A DNA stretch of 63,329 nt, filler included, from Nitrospinae bacterium RIFCSPLOWO2_12_FULL_45_22 (GCA_001803565.1; 5 parts of 5 records of this genome joined end to end with filler, not necessarily neighbours in it); one strand, 5' to 3'. Numbered from the whole stretch's first letter, positions 20,378 to 30,709 are shown. Notes: a model not told the origin generated them from the sequence alone. Translations and numbers: made by a program.

Positions 20378-21523
20378 ATGAAGATCATAATATCGGTTTT
20401 ACTGATCATGTGTTTCCTATTAGGATGCGAGAAGAGAATGACGGGACTAAAACCCGGAACCCTAAAAGAAATGCTATCCCTTGCCTGGGAGGATTATAAA
20501 AAATCCTATATAAAGCCTGACGGTAGAGTAGTACGCCCCCTGGATGGGGGGGATACTGTATCAGAGGGCCAGGCCTATGCCATGCTTCTGGCCGTTTGGA
20601 TGGATGACCGACCAGTTTTTGAGAGAGGCCTGGAATGGAGCAAACGCCATCTGTCCCGGGAAAAGGAGAAGGGGGATCACCTGTTAGCATGGCATTGGAG
20701 TGAAGGAGGGGTGACTGATTGGAACTCGGCTTCTGATGCGGACCTGGATTATGCCCTATCCTTACTTCTTGCTTACCGAAGATGGGGTGAAGAAGCATAT
20801 AAGAAATGGGCTATAGAGGTCATGGAGAGTATTCTTGCTGAAGAGACGATGCCGGACATGAAGGGTAATCTTTATTTGCTCCCTGGGACATGGGGGAGAC
20901 TGGATAATGGCGCCTTCGTAACCAATCCATCATACTACTCCCCTGCTTGGTATCGCCTATTCTTTTCCCTTACAGGAGATAAGCGATGGATGAATCTTCT
21001 GGAAGGGGCTTATCAAGTTATAGAGAAGGTTTCCATGCGCCTGGGTAAAGAACCGGGTGTAGGGCTGATTCCTGATTGGTGCATAGTAAAGCCCAATTTA
21101 GATACTGCTCCCGCCGATGGAATGAGCTCTCGCTACGGCTGGGATGCGATAAGAGTTGTCTGGCGGCTAGGAATAGACTGGACATGGTTCAAAGAAGAGC
21201 GGGCCAGGAGATATCTCGGGGTGGTTCTTAAGAAATTCTACGAGAAGGAGTGGTGGAGAAGGGGGGGTAAGGTTTATATAGAATATCATTACCAGGGAAG
21301 CCCCTACAAGGAGTATGAAAGCCCAGCTTCCTATTTAGCGGCCGCCTTCACCGCCTTTGTTGGAGAGGATAAAGATCTTATGGGAGAATTTTTGCATAAG
21401 GCATACGAATTTGGTGTCATCGGTGAAGATGGTTTGCTCTTCGAGAAAAGAAAAGACTACTATTCTGACAGCCTTTCGCTCCTGTTTCTTACTCTATTAG
21501 CAGAAGCTGCAATAAGCTTCTGA
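20378..21523 (+). CDS. GH8 endoglucanase lipoprotein (BcsZ-like)
   Basis: Lipobox LLGC; TVSEGQAYAML, SASDADL, NPSYY and WDAIR GH8 motifs. Confidence 0.9.
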   Translation: MKIIISVLLIMCFLLGCEKRMTGLKPGTLKEMLSLAWEDYKKSYIKPDGRVVRPLDGGDTVSEGQAYAMLLAVWMDDRPVFERGLEWSKRHLSREKEKGDHLLAWHWSEGGVTDWNSASDADLDYALSLLLAYRRWGEEAYKKWAIEVMESILAEETMPDMKGNLYLLPGTWGRLDNGAFVTNPSYYSPAWYRLFFSLTGDKRWMNLLEGAYQVIEKVSMRLGKEPGVGLIPDWCIVKPNLDTAPADGMSSRYGWDAIRVVWRLGIDWTWFKEERARRYLGVVLKKFYEKEWWRRGGKVYIEYHYQGSPYKEYESPASYLAAAFTAFVGEDKDLMGEFLHKAYEFGVIGEDGLLFEKRKDYYSDSLSLLFLTLLAEAAISF

Positions 21524-21677
21524 AAGAAATTGTAAGAACAGGGTTGTCCTTGTCCGATGCCACAGGGGTTGTTCCCAGGCTATATGATTCTTCCCGAATA
21601 TATTGAAAGTTTATTCAATGAGCTAGTGTTAGCAAAGGTGCTCCTTGATTTCTTCTCTTAAGAAGGAGTGTATAGGA

Positions 21678-23588
21678 ATGGCACATAGATTCTTCAGGGA
21701 GATAAAAGGGTTTATTTGTATCTTCTATATTGCTCTTATTACACTCGTAATCTCAAGGACTATCCTCCAAACGATCGGCAACATGTACATTGAGGAAGGA
21801 CTTTTCGTGCTGGTTGCCCGACTCATGATAGACGAGCTTTATAATGCTATCCTCGAAACATGGCCTCTCCTGGTAATCATCTTAGTTTTGCAAGTGGTTC
21901 TTTCCATCTATTTCAACCGTGATTTCACCAGCTCACAAAAATGTATGGATGATAAAAAGGTGGAAGAGAAACGATACAGATCTATTCTGACCGTGTCCAC
22001 AGTGTTTGCAGTCCCTATCTACCTGGGAATTAGATGGATAGTTGGCTACAGACACCCGGTGATCTGGGTGTATTGTGGGGCAATATTGATACTGATTATT
22101 GCAGGGACATTGTCATGGTCGGCTATTTTCTCAAAGAAAAGGAGGATGAGAAAGGATGATAGGGAAGGAAAATTACATTTTAAATCTCTTCTCAGGCTTC
22201 ACTACATGCTTTTTCTTACTCTTCTGATTTTTTTCCCTCCCTGGATGATCCTGATGAGTGCAAGACCTCTAAAGGAAAAAAATATTCTTCTCATAGTAAT
22301 AGACACTCTCCGTGCAAACCACCTTGGATGTTATGGTTACAAGCGTTCTACAACTCCAAACATCAACAGGCTTGCTAAAGGTGGTGTGTTGTTTACTAAT
22401 GCATATTCACAGTCCTCATGGACCAAAACATCCATTGCCTCGCTTATGACAGGGGCTTATCCCTATCGTCACAACGTTTTCTACGAGAATGGCGACTATT
22501 CCGCTCTTCCAAAAGAGGTAGTAACCATTGCCGAGGTTTTACTTAACTCTGGTTATAAAACAGTAGGGTTCTCTGCAAACCCGCATATAATTCCTGAATT
22601 CGGATTCAGCCAGGGGTTCTCTTCGTTCCAATATGATATCCTTTGGCGTCAAAACAGCACTGAGGTCGTTACGGAGATAGTGATAAATTATCTAAGGAGG
22701 CGGAAAGGATTGAAAAGTACATTTATGTATGTTCATTACCTTGACCCGCACGATACCTATACTCCATCATTGCCATGCGAGGAATTTTCCCATGCTTACC
22801 AACCAGATAATCCTGCTGTAAGAGATGGCGAGGCTTATACCCTTTCTGGAGCACGCTCTTTAAAGACGAAACTGCATATGGGTGTCATACCAACACCCTA
22901 TCCTATGAGCAGTAATGATCTTGAGTTTCTTATGGCTCTATACGATTGCGAGATAAGTCAAGTGGATGAAGGGGTCGGGAGGATTCTTGCAACTCTCGAA
23001 GACATCGGCGCCATGGATAATACTATCATAATCGTGACCTCAGATCATGGTGAGGGATTCCTGGAACACGGCATGCTAACGCATGGATACCAGCTCTTTA
23101 ACGAGACTGTAAAGATTCCACTGATCATCTACGAACCCGGCTCTCCATACAGATCATTGCGATATGACAATCCCGTTGAGCTGATCGGAGTTTTCCCCAC
23201 CATCCTTTCTCTTCTAGGTATCACTTTCAGTGGGGATATAGATGGCAATATCCTGCCTCCTTTCGAGTCTTCCTCGACATCCCAGGATGATTCGATTGCT
23301 TTTGGTATTACCCGCTTCAGGAAGCAAGATAAGGCTTTTCTCCTGCAGGGAGATTGGAAAATAATCAGGGATTTTGTTAAAGCAGAAACGTCTCTTTTCA
23401 ATATAGCGGAGGATCCGCTAGAAAAGGTCGATGTAGTGGATGATAACCCGGATATAGTCAACAATATGTCGAGACGCATGGTGAAGATTATAAGACGCCC
23501 TATGAAGCCTATCTCATCGGTTGGATTTAGCCAGCCGGATAATCCCATTCTCAAGGAAAGGCTTAGATCACTTGGCTACCTCTACTGA
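21678..23588 (+). CDS. Membrane-anchored sulfatase/alkaline-phosphatase-fold enzyme
   Basis: About 5 N-terminal TM helices; NILLIVIDTLRA, SSWTKTSIASLMTG, HYLDPH, TSDHGE and LRSLGY motifs. Confidence 0.85.
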   Translation: MAHRFFREIKGFICIFYIALITLVISRTILQTIGNMYIEEGLFVLVARLMIDELYNAILETWPLLVIILVLQVVLSIYFNRDFTSSQKCMDDKKVEEKRYRSILTVSTVFAVPIYLGIRWIVGYRHPVIWVYCGAILILIIAGTLSWSAIFSKKRRMRKDDREGKLHFKSLLRLHYMLFLTLLIFFPPWMILMSARPLKEKNILLIVIDTLRANHLGCYGYKRSTTPNINRLAKGGVLFTNAYSQSSWTKTSIASLMTGAYPYRHNVFYENGDYSALPKEVVTIAEVLLNSGYKTVGFSANPHIIPEFGFSQGFSSFQYDILWRQNSTEVVTEIVINYLRRRKGLKSTFMYVHYLDPHDTYTPSLPCEEFSHAYQPDNPAVRDGEAYTLSGARSLKTKLHMGVIPTPYPMSSNDLEFLMALYDCEISQVDEGVGRILATLEDIGAMDNTIIIVTSDHGEGFLEHGMLTHGYQLFNETVKIPLIIYEPGSPYRSLRYDNPVELIGVFPTILSLLGITFSGDIDGNILPPFESSSTSQDDSIAFGITRFRKQDKAFLLQGDWKIIRDFVKAETSLFNIAEDPLEKVDVVDDNPDIVNNMSRRMVKIIRRPMKPISSVGFSQPDNPILKERLRSLGYLY

Positions 23589-23735
23589 GGCAGAGGGTGC
23601 TATATCTATATGACCGCTGTGGTGATGCAGAAGTTATATGCTGGGGTTTTTGATCCTAGGGTAATCAAAGCCCGGCATAAAATATGTCGTGTCTTTTGCT
23701 CTTAGGGTTTTTTAAACTACCTTCAGGCATTTCTT

Positions 23736-24950
23736 GTGACGGAGAAAAAGTTACTTCCATTCTTGGGGATCATTAGTTGTCTATTTCTGGCAGTAACGCT
23801 AGGGGTGTTTTGTAAGGATGTAGTCCCTGAAATCGCGCCCAGGATGGATTTTATCTCGTACTGGTGCACCTCAAGAATGCTCCTGGAAGGGGAAAATCTT
23901 TATGACTTTGACAGGTTGTTTGAGCGGGAAAAGACCCTGGGCTGGCAGCAGGAAACGCCCCTTATAATGTTTAATCCGCCCTGGTTGGCCGTGCTGGTAA
24001 TACCCCTGGCTCTGCTAAAATACGAGCATGCCGCCTATTTTTGGATGATTATTAATCTGTTGGTTTCTTTTTTAAGTTCCGCTCTCCTATGGAGGGTCTA
24101 TGCCAGGGAAAAATTTCCTGGGTATCTAGGCCTGGTGTGGGCGGTTACCATTATTTTTTACCCTACTCTCCTTATAATCTGGTTAGGCCAGATGACCTGG
24201 CTTACCCTCCTGGGGATTTCGGGATTTCTTTATTTTTATAAAGAAGAAAGGGATTACCTCTGTGGAATATTTCTGGTATTGATGACCATAAAACCTAACC
24301 TGATGCTTATCCTATTCCCAATTATTCTTTTCTTGATCATCTACCAAAGGCGATATAAGATATTTTTGAGTTCGGGTGTCCTATTCCTTCTGCTGATTGC
24401 CATTCTGACGGCCTACTTCCCTTCCTGGCTCCAAGATTATCTGGGTGTAGCCCTGGAGAAGCCCCCCCTTGACCTCAAAACCCCCACCATAAGGTATATG
24501 GCTTATAAATACTTGGTGGGAGAAAATATAATTCAATACTTTACCCTTATTTTTGCCCCCATAACTATTTTGGCCTTTATTAACTGGAGGAAATTAATAA
24601 AGCTAGAAGAAGCAATGGGAACTATTATAGTAATGACCTTTCTGTCAACTATATTCTGCTGGAGCTATGATTTTGTCCTTTTCTTGATACCGATTTTTGA
24701 GATCCTCTCTTTCTCGGTTTTAAGGTCTGGTCTTCGCGGTAGTAAGATAGGCAAAATGTTCCTTATCTTTTTATTTATTTCCAACGGCATTCTTTATTGG
24801 CAAGGGATAAAAGAAATCCCTAATTATGTCTCCGTATGGTTTATCCCTTTTTTTACGGTCCTCTTTTTTGTCTTCCGGTATAAGCTTATGGTAACGGTTC
24901 AGGGAGCAGGACTCCGGCAAAGCGGGTACTATCAAACGCAGGATCTCTGA
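23736..24950 (+). CDS. GT87/DUF2029-like GT-C glycosyltransferase
   Basis: DFISYW, FNPPW, GQ, IKP and YD motifs in a polytopic membrane protein. Confidence 0.75.
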   Translation: MTEKKLLPFLGIISCLFLAVTLGVFCKDVVPEIAPRMDFISYWCTSRMLLEGENLYDFDRLFEREKTLGWQQETPLIMFNPPWLAVLVIPLALLKYEHAAYFWMIINLLVSFLSSALLWRVYAREKFPGYLGLVWAVTIIFYPTLLIIWLGQMTWLTLLGISGFLYFYKEERDYLCGIFLVLMTIKPNLMLILFPIILFLIIYQRRYKIFLSSGVLFLLLIAILTAYFPSWLQDYLGVALEKPPLDLKTPTIRYMAYKYLVGENIIQYFTLIFAPITILAFINWRKLIKLEEAMGTIIVMTFLSTIFCWSYDFVLFLIPIFEILSFSVLRSGLRGSKIGKMFLIFLFISNGILYWQGIKEIPNYVSVWFIPFFTVLFFVFRYKLMVTVQGAGLRQSGYYQTQDL

Positions 24951-25048
24951 CCCATGGCTTTAATTCTGATTAACCCTAAAAGGTTGAGTTACCCAACTTG
25001 TGACTCAGGGATTTAGCCCGGATAAGTAAACCCTTTGTCTTCAGGAAA

Positions 25049-25399
25049 ATGCAGGCATTTAACTCTAGACCCTGGCTAGTTTTAAATGAACTGCCGGTTT
25101 TATTTTCTGATACCTATTCGTTGGCATCTTCTTATTCAAATATATACTGGGACCTAAAACCGCTGCTGGACGATGTCAAGAATCGCAGGATTGATGGTGT
25201 TTTAATGAGTTTTGATCCCACTGATACTGAGCCCCTCAAAAATAAACCCTGGTTGCGAGGGCACTGGCCAGATATCTTTGTAAAAGAATTACTCCAATAC
25301 TATGAAAAATCCCCTGATACCAGATGGAAAAAAATCGGCATCGTTTGCTACCTTCCGAAAAAAAGAACTGATCAGTTCGAACTTAAACTGCTAAAATAG
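25049..25399 (+). CDS. Hypothetical protein, possibly a C-terminal gene remnant
   Basis: 116-aa ORF with no recognisable domain and no clear RBS, between palindromic elements. Confidence 0.3.
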   Translation: MQAFNSRPWLVLNELPVLFSDTYSLASSYSNIYWDLKPLLDDVKNRRIDGVLMSFDPTDTEPLKNKPWLRGHWPDIFVKELLQYYEKSPDTRWKKIGIVCYLPKKRTDQFELKLLK

Positions 25400-25410
25400 G
25401 AATTTTGGGG

Positions 25411-25578
25411 TTAACCCAAATAATGCAGTAAAAAAATTAGAACGCAGATTTACACAGATTTATAAAGATTTACGCAGATATGTCTTGAATATTTTTATTC
25501 AAAGAAGAAAGATAATTTTCTTTTTATAATCCTGTAGTTTCTGCGTTCATCTGCGTCCAATTGCATTTTTGGGGTTAA
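25411..25578. mobile_element. MITE-like element with imperfect terminal inverted repeats
   Basis: TTAACCCAAATAATGCAGT ... ATTGCATTTTTGGGGTTAA, with internal inverted ACGCAGAT / ATCTGCGT units. Confidence 0.6.
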
Positions 25579-25610
25579 ATGGTTTAAGACTTTTATGGAG
25601 GGTTTTTCCC

Positions 25611-27281
25611 ATGTCCCTCAATCATTCTGAGCATAGCCATGAGGAAGTTGAATCTATTCCAGACAATCCCGTACCTACCTTCTTTCGATGGGTAATGCCT
25701 TCTATAGGAGACCTATTGTTTATAATGATTTTCTTGCTCTTACTTTCCCTGGGGGCAAGATTGCTGGATGATGGGGATACCGGATGGCATATCAGGATAG
25801 GAGAGCAGATCTGGAAAACCTTCTCTATCCCTCATCAGGATCTATATTCCTATACTATGCCAGACCAACCCTGGTTTGCCTGGGGATGGCTATCCGATGT
25901 AATATTCGCTGTAGTACATAAGATTTTAGGATTAAACGGCATTGTCATCCTTTCAGCCCTGATCTTCAGTCTTACTTTTTCCCTCCTGTTCAGATTTCTC
26001 CTTAAGCAAGGGACAGATCTCATCCTTTCCGCCATACTGGTGATTATAGCTGCCTCTGCCTCGACGCTTCACTGCCTGGCACGGCCCCATATCTTCAGTC
26101 TCCTTCTGACCCTGATCTGGTTTTGGCTCCTCGATCAGTACCAGACCCAGGGGAAAAAGTATCTCTATTTTTTACCTCTAATTATGCTCTTCTGGGTAAA
26201 TCTGCACGGAGGATTTGTTTCCGGCTTTATTATCCTTTTTATTTATCTATTAGGAAACCTATTAACTTATATGACCGGTTCTCATAAGCCGGATAAACTC
26301 AGGGCCAGGGCGCAGCTAAAATCTTTTGCCTTAACTGGGGCCTTATGCCTGGTAGTGGCAATCTGCTTAAACCCTTATGGGTATAAGCTCTTTACCCATA
26401 TCTATGAATCCTACCTGGGATCAACATTTCTGAGGGATTATACTATGGAGTTTAAGTCCCCTGATTTTCACGCCGGCCTGGGATATAAAATGTATGCCAT
26501 CCTCATATTGCTCATCATCATGGCCTTTGGGGTATCCCTTAGCAGGACAAATTTTGTCGAGATAGGCTTGATCATTACCTGGACCTATATGTCATTATAT
26601 TCTGCTAGAAATATCCCCCTCTTTGCTATAATTGCGGCACCCATAATAGGAAGACATGCGGAGGTCTTTTTTAACTCATCTGATATGCAGGCCAGGCTAT
26701 CTCCCTGGTTGAGGAGTTTCTTAAACAGATTTTTTGCTTTATCTAGGCGGACCCGGGTTTCTAATGACCTGTTTAATAAACACCTCTTAGCCATTACTGC
26801 GGTTCTTATAGTAGGGATGATCGGCCTTAATGGTGGAAAGGTAAGGGGAAAAGGGTTATTCAGTTTTAATTTTGATAGCCAGAGATTTCCGGTTGCCGCC
26901 CTTGAATTCATAAAGCCCAACAAAATCCGGGGAAACATGTTTAATGAGATGGGCTGGGGCGGATTTTTGATCTATGCCCTGTATCCAGAATACAAGGTCT
27001 TTATCGATGGACGGGGGGACATGTATGGGGGAGATTTTGCAAAAACTTACACCCAGGTTGCCTGGGTTAAAGCGGGATGGAAAGAGGTCTTGCATAAATA
27101 CAACGTTAATTGGGTTATCTATCCGGCTAATTCCCAACTATCTGTTCTTTTGATAGAGAGTAAAGATTGGAAGCTTATCTATGCCGACCGGGTGGCTAAC
27201 ATTTTTGTCCGGAATATTCCCCAAAATGAGGGGCTTATTAAAAAATATCCCGCGGCGGAGTTGGCAGTAGATGAAAGATAA
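25611..27281 (+). CDS. Polytopic GT-C-like membrane protein
   Basis: DGDTGWHIRIG, ARPH, WVNLHGGF, LNPYG and FIDGR motifs; GGAGG RBS. Confidence 0.7.
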   Translation: MSLNHSEHSHEEVESIPDNPVPTFFRWVMPSIGDLLFIMIFLLLLSLGARLLDDGDTGWHIRIGEQIWKTFSIPHQDLYSYTMPDQPWFAWGWLSDVIFAVVHKILGLNGIVILSALIFSLTFSLLFRFLLKQGTDLILSAILVIIAASASTLHCLARPHIFSLLLTLIWFWLLDQYQTQGKKYLYFLPLIMLFWVNLHGGFVSGFIILFIYLLGNLLTYMTGSHKPDKLRARAQLKSFALTGALCLVVAICLNPYGYKLFTHIYESYLGSTFLRDYTMEFKSPDFHAGLGYKMYAILILLIIMAFGVSLSRTNFVEIGLIITWTYMSLYSARNIPLFAIIAAPIIGRHAEVFFNSSDMQARLSPWLRSFLNRFFALSRRTRVSNDLFNKHLLAITAVLIVGMIGLNGGKVRGKGLFSFNFDSQRFPVAALEFIKPNKIRGNMFNEMGWGGFLIYALYPEYKVFIDGRGDMYGGDFAKTYTQVAWVKAGWKEVLHKYNVNWVIYPANSQLSVLLIESKDWKLIYADRVANIFVRNIPQNEGLIKKYPAAELAVDER

Positions 27282-28002
27282 TATCTATCTCTCTGTTATT
27301 ATTCCTGCTTATAACGAGGCCCAAAGGATCCGAGAAACCCTTATAAAGATTTGCCGGTACCTTCAAGAAATGCGGTATCGCTATGAGGTTATTGTAGTAA
27401 ATGATGGCAGCCAGGATAATACATCAGATATTGTTAGAGAACTCTCTAAAAAAATGCCAGTTATAAAATTGTTAGAAAATGCAACGAACCGGGGAAAAGG
27501 GTATGCAGTCTGTGCTGGCGTTAAGGCCTCCCAGGGACAATTAGTGCTGTTTTCCGATGCCGACCTTTCTACTCCTATAGAGGAGCTGGAAAAATTGAAA
27601 GCAGCCCTGGAAGAGGAGTATGATATTGCTATTGGTTCCCGGGGGCTAGCAGGGTCTGAGATAGCAGTGCGGCAGCCCTGGTATAGAGAAACCATGGGGA
27701 AGATTTTTAATAGATTGGTTCGACTATTTGCGATCCGCGGTATAAAGGATACCCAATGCGGCTTTAAGCTCTTCAGACAGACAGTTGCTAAACAGGTATT
27801 TGATTTGCAGAGGATAGAGAGATTTGCCTTTGACGTTGAACTACTCTTTATCGCCCGGAGAAGACGATGGAGGATCAAAGAAATTCCCATAAGGTGGATT
27901 AATTCTCCTTGCTCCCGGGTAAAGCTAGGAAAAGATTCCCTGAAGATGTTTTTTGATCTATTCAAGATAAGAATGAATGCTATGAGGGGAAGGTATAACT
28001 AG
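27271..28002 (+). CDS. Polyprenyl/dolichyl-phosphate glycosyltransferase (GT2)
   Basis: SVIIPAYNE, NDGS, GKG, DAD, DTQCGFKLF and FAFDVE motifs. Confidence 0.9.
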   Translation: MKDNIYLSVIIPAYNEAQRIRETLIKICRYLQEMRYRYEVIVVNDGSQDNTSDIVRELSKKMPVIKLLENATNRGKGYAVCAGVKASQGQLVLFSDADLSTPIEELEKLKAALEEEYDIAIGSRGLAGSEIAVRQPWYRETMGKIFNRLVRLFAIRGIKDTQCGFKLFRQTVAKQVFDLQRIERFAFDVELLFIARRRRWRIKEIPIRWINSPCSRVKLGKDSLKMFFDLFKIRMNAMRGRYN

Positions 28003-28052
28003 CTCCATGGTTGGCTTGCGTATAGCCATATCAGCCCTTGTGCTTTATATGC

Positions 28053-28210
28053 ATGGATAAGTTCAAAATGAATAAATATTGCGGATTCCTCACTATACAA
28101 ACAATCATGAACTCCCTCTTTATCGGACTTATATTGGGTTATATTATCCTCTGGTCAAAATTAGCACTGGATGACACCTTCAACCTCGTAAAAACAACTG
28201 ATTTTACCGC
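28053..28210 (+). CDS. Membrane protein N-terminus, possibly another GT87, truncated by the gap
   Basis: TM helix followed by TDFT at the contig end, like the DF motif of GT87. Confidence 0.35.
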
Positions 28211-28310
28211 NNNNNNNNNNNNNNNNNNNNNNNNNNNNNNNNNNNNNNNNNNNNTTAATTAATTAANNNNNNNNNNNNNNNNNNNNNNNNNNNNNNNNNN
28301 NNNNNNNNNN
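28211..28310. other. Artificial contig linker
   Basis: N-run, TTAATTAATTAA, N-run. Confidence 0.98.
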
Positions 28311-28667
28311 ACCTTGGGCAAGAAACCATTAGTACGACAAAAGCTAGCTGGGATAGCCATCGAGGTAGAAATAGCCCAGTTGCTGGCTTATCGGGTCATA
28401 TGGCTCTTGAGCCAGGAAATAGTACCTAATTATGAGGCAGCCATGCTGAAGGTATTTGCTACTGAGCTGCGCCAACGGATAGATAAGATAGGCTTACAGA
28501 TAACGGGGCTTTACGGTCAGTTACAGAGTGGGTCTAAATGGGCCCCGGTGGGAGGCAAGCTAGAACATTACTACCGGGATGATCTTCTAGTAACCATTGT
28601 GGGTGGTACATCAGAAATTATGAGAAATATTATTGCCACCCGGGGGTTAAAAATGCCCCGAGGCTAA
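28311..28667 (+). CDS. Acyl-CoA dehydrogenase, C-terminal part (5' truncated)
   Basis: VRQKLA, AAMLKVFATE and TIVGGTSEIMRNIIATRGLKMPR motifs. Confidence 0.88.
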   Translation, partial: TLGKKPLVRQKLAGIAIEVEIAQLLAYRVIWLLSQEIVPNYEAAMLKVFATELRQRIDKIGLQITGLYGQLQSGSKWAPVGGKLEHYYRDDLLVTIVGGTSEIMRNIIATRGLKMPRG

Positions 28668-28703
28668 ATCATGTAGTAAGCGTAGCGAATCTAAAGGCGC
28701 GAA

Positions 28704-29369
28704 ATGAAGCTGACAGAAGGTTTGTATGCCTACCCCTGGCTAGATATGATGGCAAACAATTGCAACACCTATCTCCTGAAGGGTAGGTTAAATATCCTGG
28801 TAGACCCGGGCCATAGCGCTTTCTTAGACCAGCTTTTTCAGGCTATGAAGGACGATGATATTGTGCCCGAAGAGATAGACCTGGTGATTAATACCCATGC
28901 CCACCCGGATCATTCTGAAGGGAACAGCTTCTTTCAACAGGATAACACCTTAATAACTTTACATGAGGACGAAGACCGGTATCTGAAAGGCGAAGGAGCT
29001 CAACTGTATAAACTGTTCGGCCTGGAGATGTCTCCGTTTCAAGCTGAATTTTATCTGACTGAAGGATGGCTGGAACTGGACGACATATACCTGGAGATTT
29101 ATCATACCCCGGGCCATTCTCCTGGCTCTATCTGTCTCTATTGGCCAGCAAAAAAGGCCCTGATTAGCGGTGATGTAGTATTCTACCAAGGTGTTGGGAG
29201 GACTGATATACCCGGAGCTGATGGGGAACTGTTAAAGCAGAGTCTGGATAAGCTAGCTCAGTTAGACACCGAGCTTCTACTGCCTGGCCATGGTGACTTA
29301 GTAATAGGCAAAGATGAGGTAAGGGATAATTATGCCCTGATCCAGCAATATATTTCTGAATTGCTTTAA
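28704..29369 (+). CDS. MBL-fold metallo-hydrolase
   Basis: THAHPDH, HTPGHSPG, SGD and PGHG motifs. Confidence 0.9.
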   Translation: MKLTEGLYAYPWLDMMANNCNTYLLKGRLNILVDPGHSAFLDQLFQAMKDDDIVPEEIDLVINTHAHPDHSEGNSFFQQDNTLITLHEDEDRYLKGEGAQLYKLFGLEMSPFQAEFYLTEGWLELDDIYLEIYHTPGHSPGSICLYWPAKKALISGDVVFYQGVGRTDIPGADGELLKQSLDKLAQLDTELLLPGHGDLVIGKDEVRDNYALIQQYISELL

Positions 29370-29460
29370 GAATAATATTCTATCTCATGGATCTTACGAA
29401 ATGTTTTAGTTAAAAGTTCCACCTCTTTGCTAGCCGAAAGGCCGGTTTACCCATTGCCGG

Positions 29461-30294
29461 CTATGAGAGTGGATACAGGACGCTTTCTATAACGGGCAGA
29501 CCAGCCAACTCCGGAGGATGAAAGCCAAATACGGTATCCAAAAAAGACATGATAATGCTATAGGTGGCTCCCCAGAGGATTTCAGTGGGTTGAGCCGGTT
29601 CTTGGTAGATAAGGCAGGGATAGTCAATGGTGTCTGCCTGGATGATATCTTTAAAGATCGGGTTCCCTACCTTTAGCCTGTATACCCCATAGTTTTCTTC
29701 CTGGAAGAAGGAGTGGAGAGGGATTTGCAAGATTTTTGCTACTTCCCAATTGGGCTTGAGGGACAAAGGAGCTTTAACAGCCCCTACTATGGGAAAGATA
29801 ATGTTCTTGAACAGGGTGAGCCGATAGCAGTTCAATGGCCCCAGGAAGTTTACGGCAAAAGGGTTCAATCGGATTTCTTCCCAACTCTCCCGCAGGGCAT
29901 TGGTCAGGAAGAAGGTTATCTGGTTTAAAGGCTGTGGGCCTAGTTGCTTAGCCTTTAGATAGGCGGGGTTTTTTCTCCAGGCTAAGAGGGGCTTAGTGAT
30001 CAAGTGGCCCAATAAGCTGTCTATTATTCGATTACTACTACCGCCAGGGCAACATAGGTCACCGGGCTGCTGCACCTTATCCGATCTCTTGTTAAGTAAA
30101 AAGACATACCCCTTATCCGGCTGGTATTGGATGAGCAGAAGCACCCCCGCAACACTACAATTCTGCCCCTGCTCCCTTTGCTCATTAACAAAATTTATCT
30201 GGTCTTGATAATCTATTGAGTGGCTATAAAGGGCATTCGTTATTAAGGGTTCCAACTCTCCGGGATTAATATCTTGGAGGAGTTTGCCAGGCAT
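29461..30294 (-). CDS. NUDIX hydrolase (CoA pyrophosphatase-like)
   Basis: KRS..QPGDLCCPGG, ALRESWEEI, NWEV and LWGAT motifs. Confidence 0.8.
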   Translation of the reverse strand: MPGKLLQDINPGELEPLITNALYSHSIDYQDQINFVNEQREQGQNCSVAGVLLLIQYQPDKGYVFLLNKRSDKVQQPGDLCCPGGSSNRIIDSLLGHLITKPLLAWRKNPAYLKAKQLGPQPLNQITFFLTNALRESWEEIRLNPFAVNFLGPLNCYRLTLFKNIIFPIVGAVKAPLSLKPNWEVAKILQIPLHSFFQEENYGVYRLKVGNPIFKDIIQADTIDYPCLIYQEPAQPTEILWGATYSIIMSFLDTVFGFHPPELAGLPVIESVLYPLS

Positions 30295-30310
30295 TTTCCT
30301 TTGCTGCTCC

Positions 30311-30607
30311 CTATCTTTTTCCTTTAATAAAAGTAATTGTGGCAGTAGCTAGAGTATTACCATTTCCTTTAAGGCAACAGCTACGGCTGTATCGGCTAGA
30401 GAGGCAATTGCTCCACCATGTACTATACCCGCAGGCTGGGTAAGTTCTAATCGGAAGGGCAGTTCAATCCGGCAAAACCCTCGTTCTATCTGGATAACTT
30501 TCATACCCAGTAATGTTTCAAAGGGAGCTAACTCTAGCGCTTCCACAACTTTCCTCCAAAAATACATGTGGCAAGGGGCTGGGTGACTTTTCATTTTTGC
30601 TTGCCAT
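30311..30607 (-). pseudogene. PaaI-family thioesterase pseudogene
   Basis: Core GIVHGGAIASLADTA. The N-terminus MASKNEK (ATG 30607) and the C-terminus LATATITFIKGKR* lie outside the core reading frame, and the middle of the hot-dog fold is missing. Confidence 0.7.
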
Positions 30608-30709
30608 AATTTGAATAACTTGATATTATCACTTTTTACTTATACTATCAAAATCTATTTCCCCCATGCAATGGTGCAAAAATCGTTTAGTAATGCCTCA
30701 GTTATGCGG

